Origin: Ophelia neglecta
Taxonomy: Eukaryota
Assembly (NCBI GenBank): GCA_965285935.1
Contig: OZ260662.1
Location: 88,784,001-88,848,000, forward strand
Reading direction: 5' to 3'
DNA: 64,000 nt
Part shown: positions 52,376 to 64,000 of the stretch, piece by piece
Layout of the letters: each line of letters opens with the position of its first letter
Position numbering within the stretch: the stretch's first letter is position 1
The notes under the pieces: generated by a model
Databases searched by the model: none
What the model saw: the letters and a program-made list of their open reading frames with translations, nothing else
What the model was told of the DNA's origin: nothing
Position numbers and translations under genes: made by a program

Positions 52376-55300
52376 TATCTAATTTTGCATTGTATAGTTT
52401 ATAACCACGGCACCGCCAGAACAGGCTCTACACCAAATACATGTACATATGGTGAAAGCATACTTTTTCTTAACGGTTTGTTCAATTTTCAATCTGAAAT
52501 GGATTGGACAATAAACTGTTCGCGTCAAATGTCCTTTGATATTTTGTGGTTCTACCTTACCATTTAGAAAAGGATCATCAAAAATCTTCCCCAAAACTGA
52601 GCCTTATCAAATCGGACTCCTAACTGGAGAAGTACCGGTGGCGTCCCTTGGAGACAATAGCACGACTGTTCCTAAATGCTTTAACCTTTAGTGAAAGATG
52701 TGCCGTTTGCAGAGCGAATCCAAAATGAGCTTTCGAAAGGATAAAGCTACTGGCAAAAGACATACATTCTGCTGTAAAGAGCTACCATTTCCAAGAGGGT
52801 ATGACCAAAAGCATCAGATGTCCGTTTCAAAATATCATTTTTGGTTATAAATGTTTTTGGTTATTGAACATATTTACTCATCATTAACACTGAATTGTTA
52901 GTTTTATTCATTTTGAAATGAATAAAACCACGTATGCGTAGCGGATAAAAGACGTGGCTTTTACCCTAATTTCATTGTTCGTTATCTTAGAATTGCGATA
53001 CGAGATCCTGAAACAAATTACTAGTAGCTGTAAATCAAATACTACTGACTATAAACTGGCAAAAACGAAAAATTTGCAGAACTCGTCAAGTTGCTACCAC
53101 CATCTTAACAGCCAAATAAATCGATATCACAGTCCGTTTGAGCAATTTAGCCAAGCTAACAGATCCAAAAATAAATGATCGTAACTCAGGCACATTACTC
53201 GTTTGTGTCGTTATCATTTCAATTGGTATGGTGAAGACACAATGGGGAAAACGCCGGTGACTTACGCAAGTGGCTTCTGCAGCTCAACAAAATTGTCTTC
53301 ATTTACCTCAGCAAACACCACTTCAAATTGGGCTTGGTTAGGGCTATAATTACCTTACACTGGTAGCAGCGTGAAAGTTACCTAGATAACTGATTGTCTC
53401 AGTCTTACTAAGACCCCATAAAATAATCATTAAAACGGTTTCTGTCTTTAAATAGTAATGTATTATCAATTATTGATGATGGGCACTGGCAGAAACTACG
53501 GATGAGGCGATTAATGACAACCTATAATATTCCAATGAGAAGAACAATTTTATATTTATCAGGTACCTCTAGTGTATTTACTTAAAATAGCAGTTAGCCA
53601 TTTCTCATTTTGCACTTAACCCATGCGTTTGCGTATCACAGAACAATATTTCTTCATTCGCAAACTGTCTATTCTTATATATGACAAAGCGTAGGCACCA
53701 ATCGTTAACATTGATTCTTAACCAGAAAACGTAATTACACAAGGAACTTCTCCTTGATATTTACCTTAAGGTTGCTGATTTAGCCGACAACTGACCGAAA
53801 GAATGGGGAGAACGTCGCACTATAAAGCCAAGCCGGCGCACAAGAGTAGATCGTAGATCTTGTTCAGAAATAGCAAGGCGACTTAAATGGGTAATGCTGT
53901 CCGTTTCTTGAAAGATAAAACTGTTCGTGTCGGTTATCACAAGCCCCCATTTGTTGCCATAAATATTAGATTAAAATTGGAAAAACTATCTAGCACAGAA
54001 ATCGGCGGCGAGTATGAATGCAAGCAATTAACCTAGCTTAACATTATTCAGCTCCCTAGCAGCATATACAAAACGGCAATGGATAACCGGCAGCCAAAGA
54101 AACTCATAGTGCGCTAGCTTGACAGTTGATATACAGGCGCAATTCAACTAATCAAGTCATAAACTTAAATAAGTAATATACAAACTATGCTATACATTGC
54201 CCCTGACCTCATTGTTCCTTATGTCTGATCAGCATATGTGAAAGTTTACATTTTAAGAAAGCATCAGTATGAATGTACCTTGAAAGTCATGCTACCTGTT
54301 ACAAAGGTAAACAATTGCGATTTACAAATACTTTAAACAGCATTGCCTCCACGCCTTTTGACGTCTGAACAATTAGTGCCGCGACTATGGAAATTTATAG
54401 TAAGATTTCTTCAGTCCATCAGCCTGCTAGCCAAAAGTTTGTTATCTTACAAAATTGAAATGATGGTCACTTTCCAGCAAAACAATTACCACGAGGTCAC
54501 CTCTCCAAACGCTTAGTAATGTACTAGAGAAATAACTTTAATAAAAATACAAGACAATACAATGCACAGGATATATAGGATACAACCACTGTTAAGGATG
54601 CTAGCAGGTACGGGTGAAATGGCATCAGATAGTTTAGCACTCTACAAGATAGGCCAACTGCCCATGATAGATCAAACTAAGGTACTCATTCCATTTCACA
54701 CGTTCTCATTTATCATGTTTATGACACATTAATTCCGTGCAGCTAGAATGATCTTATATATCAAATACGAGCATATAAAATGCAGTCCTTGGTTAGTTAT
54801 TGTCCCTGGTGGGCTATAACAGTCATGGGGCTGTTAACACAGTCTACGACCAAGACGTTGTATGCCTTCTAACCTATTCATTCTTGTCATCAACGTCACT
54901 ATTCTAAGACATCTTGGCAGTAAAAACGTTTCATTTATTTCATTAAAATTCGTGCACTGTTGATATAGGCAGATTTAAACCAGAAGTCAACCGTAATGAT
55001 TAAACACAAATTTCAAACAGGAACCATTTTTACCGATCTTACATCCAATTACATCCTGTTGACAGCTGATTTATTTATAAAATTACGTTTGATAAGGTAT
55101 GATAATGAGGCTGTACAGTATTTGCAAGATACCATTATTTTCGAATGCGTCCAGTGTCAAAATACTGCAGTTTTGATAACTAAATGAGAATATTACAATG
55201 ACACCTGCTAGGCATATTAATATGGTAATTTTGTAGTTAGGGACTGATCCGACCCTTTTCTGTTAAAAAACAGTCTTTTAATCGCAAAAGACAGATAAAT

Positions 55301-58300
55301 ATGCTTTCGTGACTCATACTTTCTGTAATTTGGCTTTAAATGTCATTTTCTTCTTCAAAATAAATCCGCATTAGGTTCAGTATCTACCTTTCTGCACAGT
55401 GATATTATTTGCTTAATTTTCATTGGTTTGGCAGCAAAATAATACTGTTTGCCGCATTTACCCGTGAACAATATTGTTAACGGGTGCTAATTGTATACGT
55501 GGGAATAGCTATTGCTCATTCCCGACCATTTGCCTCTCATCAAAATACAATAGTACTATTGCTATGGCCGTTTTTACTCCCGTTCCTCTGGAACTTATTT
55601 TGCGAAAAAAGGAAAACAAAAATTTCATTAGATCATTTTGGTTAACTTCGAATTTCTCCAATAAAAAAAGTTTGAGATATAAATATTACTCAATCCAATA
55701 GCTCATTTCCGAGGAGTTGACTCTCATCAGAATGCAATAATGTTAATGCCATGGCTGATTTAAATCCCGATCTTATAGAACTTAGTGTGTGAAAATAAAG
55801 GAAATTTCATTAGATTATTATGGTAAATTTTAAATCCTCCAATGAAACAAGTTCTAGATATAAATATATCTCAACCCTTGGCAGGCGGGCAAGCGATAAA
55901 ATGGTGTTCATTGGTGATCTCAAGTAAATGAAGTGCCTTCTGTAATTAGAGAAATGGGTTACTGCCACGGCTATTAAACAACAGTTAAGTATGGTGTAAA
56001 TGGAACATCTGAATTGGGGATTTTTTGGAAATCCTACCAAAAGTATTCGATTGACATCGTCAGTGCGAAGGTTGTTGATTCTAGAGGTAGTGGGTGGTAT
56101 TACAACGCATATGGCCTTTACTCAGGCCTGTTGTAATTTCTAACAAGGAAATACAGTTAGGGATTCCTCGTTTACTGTATTGCAGTAATTAGGACATCCT
56201 ACAGAGACAATGGTTCGTGCTTTTGAACTAAAGTCCTGGGAAATCTTGTAATTGATCTGAATTGTAGCAGATGATGTAGTGTCATCTCAACTGGGACATA
56301 GAATGTACACATAATCTCCAATGGTGCAGTCCTAAAATAGACTTTTTACTCTGAACCATTCATAGACTCACCAATATCTAGTTTAACGCTCCTTGGTCAT
56401 AGCCAAAGAAGACGAATAGAGTCATGAATTGTCCATTTTCCTAGCCATTCCGCTCACCTTCACTATGTGATCACCCACATGAGACTACCACCTGACATGG
56501 GTCTCACCTTTGCCTCTTTGATGGCGCTATAGCTCGTTCGGCCGATGTAGATGGTAGTGTTATCAGGGTTTTTTTTCCATCTTGGCTCTCACAGCCTTTT
56601 TTTATCGAAATTTGGAAGAAATATTTTTTTGTGTGCGATGGCAGAGTTGTATCATCAGGATTATATGCCGAACATGCTCGGCTTTGCTTCCGGCGAATAA
56701 AGCATGCACTTCTTTAATTGGGGGTATTATAGGTGACGTTTATGTGAGAGTTTAAATATATCCTGGAATTAGCCGCGCTTATAATTATAAAGCCATAGTT
56801 TTCTGCTGTTCAAACCAACAATGAATACTAAACTCTACTGTGTACTTTTAAGCCATCCATATAACATGGCAGGCAAAGGGACTTTGACATTAAACATGTA
56901 GGCTATACACAAAACGTATTAAGCACGTTCAAAGCGCCGTCTCATCTCCACAATGGATATGTTCAGAGTTGCAATAAAGCCAGGAAAGCAGGAGTATGTT
57001 ATTTGACATTGTATGCCTCTATACCCATTGGAATACAACTAATCTGTAACAATAGGCTGACAATCAGAAGAGGCAGGCAAATCATGGTCGTACACAAAAA
57101 GCAATACTGCAATGAGCGCAACAAATTATACCTCACTTGTTTGGTCCCAGGCCGTATTTGCACAAATCTCAAAGAATTATTGTCTGCTCACGCCAAGCGA
57201 TGGGAATAGATTGCTTATATATTGAATTTTACCCACTTGCGCTTCAAGCCGCTTTCATATTGCTTTGTTGGAAATGTTATCCAAGCTTCAAAATAGCAGT
57301 CACCATCATATTTTGCGTTAATAGCTCTTAGTACTTCTCCTTGACGACTTCATCATAAAATCCATAACAAAGAATATAATACTATCAACCAAAAGAGTAA
57401 AAAGGTAGAACAAATGACGTTTTGTCCATACTTCGGAGTAAAGCTGGAATCAGTCATTCGCTCCAGGCGGACAGACAAACTAGATGTTAATAAGCAAGAA
57501 CCTGACACCCGATTAATTAATGTGTATTGGTCAGTCAATCCAGTTGGAAATACCGAAGCACAGTACAAACAAATCTTGAATATATCCACAAATAACCCAA
57601 CGTTTGCAGTTAAAATGTGTTAAGTCTTGTCGCAGGCATACGGTGGCATTTAAAAAAGATTCACCTGTCACTTCGCATTTACACGCCTTGCAATGCATTA
57701 GTTCTCTGAGGCGTGCCACGAAAGTCAACGAATCCCGTTTTTGAAAGCATAAGCAACGGAACAATACAATGCACTTTGCTGACGCCTCAAGATGGGCAGA
57801 CAATTAGTAAGCATGATCTTACCCTTATTTTAATACCGGCTTCTACCTTCGTTTTCAAGTATGTTGAAGAATGCACCACTATCTGGAAATATTGGCAGCA
57901 GAAGACAATAGGCACCAACCCTTGCCACAAATTGCCATGATACCCTCATGCAGGCTACATACACTCGTGAATAGCTTGCGTGAATATTCTCAAATACCAA
58001 GCGTGATAATTCCGCCATATCGAATCCATCAATATAAGTACCTCGGTACTTACCATGGTTTTAATGATCATGCTTAGATGTGGATATCCGGCCGAATGAA
58101 CAACGTATTACCTATAAAAAGCATAGTTCGGTGTGAACTCATAAAGAACCGTCAGCATGAGGTCAAACATTTCAACTCCCAGTTCCTTGCTGTAGATAAG
58201 CTTGCTTGGCAGGTATTAAACAATGACGTATAAATTCAATTTTATATCATCTCTAATGAAAAGTAGTCAAAACTTCTTCAAGGCGAGCTAAATCGGAATT

Positions 58301-60319
58301 TCCAACCCAATACGTTCACCAGGTACCTAATGCTTATTTATCATCCCTTAACTGCATACAATATTCCAAGAAATTGAATAGTATTTGCTTAGCAAAGAAG
58401 ACTCCAAATAGGCATTTTATGCTTTGGTTTAAACATATTTTATTATCGGGATCGACCAAGTAGCGCGGGGCTAATCTAGTGGCTTCTCACATTTTATGTT
58501 TTAAGGGCAATCTAAATTTATTCAACTCTTAGCTATAACAGTATATACCTCAATCGTCCCAGTGGATTCATCAGGTCGGGTGGACCGCGATTGCAGTACT
58601 AATGTCCACTAGGAGCTAAGCAGAAATAACCCCTAAAACCAAGAATGTCTGTTCAATAACGAGTAAGTATTCACTAAGGACATATACTGGGATGACAGTT
58701 AACTGCCTTTGCACTGGGCCGTCTCTATTGCCAGTGAATCAGCTATTCAACGAGGACAAGAAATGGTCCTTTAGGAGGTAATATCCACGTTTTGATCATG
58801 TCTGAGATCCTCTTCAAGGCTGAGGCTCGAATGGAAACGAGTCTATACAAGTTCAATTCCAATGCAACGCGTAAGTATGACCACTGCTCTAGATTTCATG
58901 CAGAATAACATACATGTCCATTTATATCTAAAGCCGACCAGAGTGTTTGACGGCTTTGAAATGTCAAACTGTGGCTTAAATGAGAAAAGGGCAACACCCC
59001 AAACCTGTATAACTAGCTTTGAACTATATGAACATTTTGTTAAAGCTTTACGTAATGATGTTAACGTAATGATATGCCTGTCTCTAAATATCGGATAATC
59101 ATCGGAACTACTGAGATAAAGGACTGTGTTTGTATCGTGATATTTCTAAATAGCTTTGGTTATGACAAATCGTTTGATGTATCGGAAATTGGACCTGCAT
59201 GTTCATTAGCATCAGTTAATATTGTATCCACTCCTTGTTATCAAAGCTCAATACATGAAACAGCAACTGTGTCGCGGTCCAATGTTTGGAACCCTTCATA
59301 CGTTGATGAATTGCTGAAATATATATGACAGTCTACTGAACAGATCAGTAGAAGAACGATTATTTAAAAATGTTTAAACTACAAATTAAAATATTCATAT
59401 ATAAAAGAGTCAATTGCAATTGCCATTTTTCCAAAATTTCGAATCTGTAGCTGTAATTATTGATCGAGATAGTAATTTGGGTGAAGAGTAACGGAATCCA
59501 TACAAATTTGTTTCAAAACAGGGCCAAACAGCAGTAAGGTGAGTCAATGCCAATTACCAAGCATAAGGGGTAACATCGTAACGTCATAACCTGGCCGATA
59601 GGTGAACGAGAACCCCCGTCGAAGTCCTACTGTAACCTAAGAGCAGAGTTAAGAGCTTAATTATGAAGTAAGATATTGATCCACCTGTGTTAATAATCAA
59701 ATCGTCCAGTTTTGCATAGGTCTATAAAAACAAATAAGTATGTCATGAAAACAAGAGCTAGTGGATTTATGATAATGTTTTGAACTTTGATCGGTATCTC
59801 TTACCCAATTGTTAAGACTAAAGAATCACTATTAGACACGAAAAGGAGCTACGGAACATATTCATGGAACGAAGGCAGTAGGAAAAATAGATAGGATAAC
59901 ATTGGTGCGGCATGGTTGGTAATGTAAAGGGGATCTTCAGATAGTTCCGTGAATCAAAAAGGGAAATGAACGGTAAACCAGAAGCCAAAATCAAAGGATA
60001 CTGCAATATGGCTGAAATTGGTAGAACGTGTCCAGGACACAGGAGAAAACAAACTTCCAAGTTTGTTGAAACCGCCTAACCCAAAAATGAAGGGCGTGCA
60101 ATTTTTCTCGGCAATCTGTGGAGGCAGTTAAAAAGCTTATATTTCTACTTAATAACAGCAACGATGATAGCGAATTATTGAAAATCGAATCTTTAAAATA
60201 GCTGAACAATAATCCTGAAATTTGGTCCGTAATGGCTTGACATCATCTTATTGGAAATGATATCAAATTAATGGATCCATATCTTATTAATTGTATTACA
60301 ACTGATTTTACTGTTTGTG

Positions 60320-60450
60320 AGTCGGGGATTGATGTATGTATGTGTGTTGGCCTGTGGCTGATAATTCTTGATGACCTCGAACCGACTTAGTGAATTAGTC
60401 TTGGTTAATAATTAAGATTTGTCTGCGGTTTTTCATTTCCGTTTTTTTAC
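60320..60450 (+). repeat. Interspersed repeat family A, diverged 3' block
   Basis: gggattgatg...tgtggctg...cttgatgacctcgaaccgactta...gatttgtctgcgg...ccgttttttta. Confidence 0.55.
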
Positions 60451-61023
60451 CTCGTGTTAAACCTCTAAACCAAATAACTGTTCCACTGTTCAATTAAACT
60501 TTCAAAACGTGCTCGTAGTTTGACAGTATATGGCCAAGATATGGCATTGTTTTATGCTTTATAGGTACAATTCATTTCGAACAAAAGGGTTTTGTACAAT
60601 ATATAAAAATAATAAACCCATTGCAATTCAATGTGCCTCGGCACTTTGGGAAACGCTATTTAATTTTCAAGGATATAACAGGATAATACATTATAATGAC
60701 TTTATGCAAGAGCGCTGTTCATACGAAGAAAGTATTAACTGCAACAGAGTACAGTGACGCAGCAGCTCAGTTGATAAGGCTTAGGGTAAGCACTAGTCCA
60801 GCACTAAGGATTTCAACAGGAGTCCAGGTCAGGTTTCGTCACAGATGCGGAAGATTTTAAATTACATTTTTAACACTCTTTTCCATACCTTATTGCCTAA
60901 ACTTACGACAGCAACTTGTCAAATAAAGAAAACAAGTTCAAATACACAATCTTTTGGAAGCATAAATCAGAAACCAATTTGCTGAACACGAGGTCATATG
61001 CTGGGGTCACATCCGGCGGCAAA

Positions 61024-61210
61024 GATTAAATGCGGAGGCGGAGGTCACGGGTGATTCTGAATGGCAGGAAAAATCGTAAGCAAGTCTCAGGCTAGCTCTG
61101 GGGTTGGTTTTATTGTTAGGGAACGGGTTAGGGACAGGAATATAAAGGGTCTAGTTGTGTCATAATATAGGAATTTAACGACGCCGGGTTCCGAGCCTCC
61201 GCTTTTCATC
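61024..61210. mobile_element. Small MITE-like element with ~16-bp terminal inverted repeats
   Basis: Left gattaaatgcggaggc versus right gcctccgcttttcatc (reverse complement gatgaaaagcggaggc, 14/16 match). Internal ttaggg motifs. Confidence 0.5.
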
Positions 61211-61254
61211 AAAAGCAAAATGACCTAAGCTATTTTAGACTGTTCATGTTCAGG

Positions 61255-61400
61255 TTTATTTCCTGTTTGAGGGCTTGCGACTGATGTCGGGACTACGCTT
61301 GTACTGCTGACTCCTGATAATTTCGGACCGATTTAATAAAAAAGTCTTCTTTTAAGATTTGTATTGTCTATCACGTATCCACTGCTCGTTTTTACTTTCT
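61255..61400 (+). repeat. Interspersed repeat family A, 3' block
   Basis: ctgctgactcctgataatttcggaccgatttaat...gatttgtattgtctatcacgtatccactgctcgtttttac. Confidence 0.7.
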
Positions 61401-64000
61401 CGTATATGCCAGCTATATTCCCTCATGTCTTAATATATACTGCATCGAAATACGGTTGTATGGGTGCTACATCTACATATCACAAAGAACTGCGTGTCTG
61501 TGATGAATGCTGATTAGTTGTTGTGAGCACAAGATTTGTTTTGTCCTGGTTTTCATTGCGATCATCTTGCAAACGGCATATATTACTTCAACCGTCACAT
61601 TTGCCAATTCATCAAAATATGACATTTTCTTACAAATTTTCTGCCTTTAATGTTTTTTGGCCCAGAAAATACAAATTGGCACATTGATCATTTCCGCGAA
61701 ATATCCGTTATAGCAGCATTCTGAAGATTGACTTGAACTTTGCCAAAGCACAGAAACCAGCAATTAAACAAACAGAAACTGATATCTGTTTTTCTCCTAT
61801 ATGCTAACAAAGGTACGTCAGCCTGATACCTGGTTTCCAATAAAATTTTCTTGTATCAAACACTGTATTTCAGTCCTACATTATTGCTCAAATTGACAAT
61901 TTGGAAATAAGGGCTAAACCGTAAAATACCTAATTAATTATAAATGGCTTAACGAGGTTTAGCTAAGATATTAAGATTTCCTCCTGGTTTAAATCAGAGA
62001 TGTCCCTCAATTATAGCAAGAACAGGAATGCCCTATTTTGGCCGCCTCAACGCCTTAATGCAATTCCCACCTCATTACGGACCATCACACATACTATTAA
62101 GGGGGTTTCAAGCGAAAACTTCCTTTCTGCATAGGCAAACTAAGGCTTGAATTATATAAATATGGAAGCATAAGGTCTTTAGGTATCGATTAATGCTGTA
62201 TCTCAATACGCGAAAATGTGCGGTCGTCTTACGATTACTCAAATTCTTCGAATTAGGCGTTGCCTATTGTATTTCATAACACGTTCGATGTTTTCATTCA
62301 TTTATGGTCTACGTCTACGATCAGATTCAGCAAAACGTCACATTAGACCTGTCGGAACACTATTCTAAACATTTATGTTTGGAAAGCCGAGAAAGAGATC
62401 TTTTAAATGGTGAAATCTGTGAATTTCGGGATTTGATTTATTATCGAAATATTGTACGAATTTTAGTGAGATTAATAGTCGTTGGAAATATATAAAATGT
62501 TTTATTTTTAGATGGTGATGTTGCAGTACCAAGTTAAAAATGTTTCTGAATTATTTCATACGTTTCCAAGTATTATCTTCTTGAATTTTCCAAACAATAC
62601 TTTCAATTTTGTTTAAATTTAATATTAATCACTAACGATACCTAAAGTCAGACTAGTAAAGATCCCTACAAATTAGATATTAAAATAAACTGTCCCTGAG
62701 CGATAAGAACCTGGAAAACTCTTTACGGAGCTACCTCATGCTTGCACCGTGTGAATGAAAAGATTAAAGTACAATAAATAATAAAATGGAGGACGAATAA
62801 AAGGATTCAATTGCACAAAAATGAGCATTATTGAGGTATTTCTGGAATCGATATATACATGGATAAAGGCACTTAAACAAACAAAAAGCAAACATTACGA
62901 CACGCAGGCCCCCAACCTGATGTGGACCTCTTTATCTGATAGATCCGATTCGATAAAGTCATGACAAGGGATCACAACCTGCAATTCTGGTTAATGCAGA
63001 AATAATTATTTGAGAGATTTGACCTAGACAATGGTCCCACCAAGGTGAAATCCGGAAGGTCAACATGATGTTAAACATGTAGATTTCTACAGGTTCCAGC
63101 GGATGAAGCTCAAGGATCTCATCCTCTCAAAGCTTTACACGACACCCACGAAGAAGCCTGGCACAATTGATCCATCACAAGGTTGGAATTTGCTTAATTA
63201 ATCGGTCTTGCCTCAAAATCTATTATGAATCAATACCTTATTTATCCTTTTTTTGTGTATTTGAATAGTTATCAAAATGGTTTTTTTTTCGTCAGAAAGT
63301 TCTCCACGATGCCTTTATTTTGAAGAGTGTGTAAATTGGTCGAGCGGGAAGAGCGAGTTGAAAAAAGCGGCGCGCGAGATAAGAAGTCGAGGAGTGAGTT
63401 AATCAGCGAGAGCTAGGGAAATCAAGTACATTCATAAAATGCAAAAAGAAAAATGATATATCACATTGAAAAAGCATGTTTTAGTCTCGGGCATGTCATT
63501 ATATAATCATGGGAAGCACATTGGGATAAACTTGCAACGAACGGGAAATTCCAGACATGTAGACAACTGTCAGCTGTGCACAACTTGTACGGAGTACGCT
63601 GTATTGAGGTGGTAAAATTTATTGTCTTTTTCATATATTTGGAATAAGCTCAATTTTATGAAATTTATTTTGATTAATAGTTATAATCCTGCATGGTTTC
63701 CATTGTCTCTGAAAGGCGCAAACCTGACTAGGGTGAGGTCTGTCATCTTATAGTGAAATAGTGCCACGCACGTCGGGGAAAGGAGCCGTGCTTATAGCAC
63801 AGACATCCTTTCTAATTCAACAGAAGCATTAGATATTGTGGCAGATATTCTATTTCAAACTCGCTCCTCGATTTCATCTCGCCTTTTCAACCGATTAACA
63901 CACTCTCCTTAGAACTATTGATAGATGCATAAAAGCATCGGCAAGTTGGTTAAAGATAATTATATTCGCTTTCACCTACTGTTTCAAATTCTTGACGGTT

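Noticed and set aside
60760-60850. tRNA-like A-box (gcagctcagttgataag)
   Set aside because: No B-box or cloverleaf; at most a decayed SINE head.
1-64000. CRISPR arrays, operons or other prokaryote-type systems
   Set aside because: The DNA is eukaryotic with spliceosomal introns. The family-A copies are irregularly dispersed, diverged and on both strands, not a repeat-spacer array.

Overview
AT-rich, intron-containing animal genomic DNA (likely a marine invertebrate; the taxon cannot be fixed from the sequence). Most ORFs in the supplied track are spurious. Two minus-strand host genes are supported. The first is an uninterrupted Toll-like-receptor-type ectodomain ORF (ATG at 958, running off the left edge and absent from the track). 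The second is a spliced Reeler + DOMON gene: six exons at 14357->10952 have GT-AG boundaries and compatible phases, and its 5' exon(s) were not located. It resembles FRRS1/SDR2 but ends in a short hydrophobic tail instead of a cytochrome b561 domain. The rest is gene-poor: a fairly young 5'-truncated RTEX-like LINE (43.2-45.8 kb), old L2 and CR1/Crack LINE fragments, small MITE-like remnants, and about 12 diverged copies of an unidentified ~300-bp interspersed repeat, two of which form an inverted pair in an intron. I found no CRISPR array, rRNA, convincing tRNA or prokaryote-type system. All translations and alignments were done by eye.
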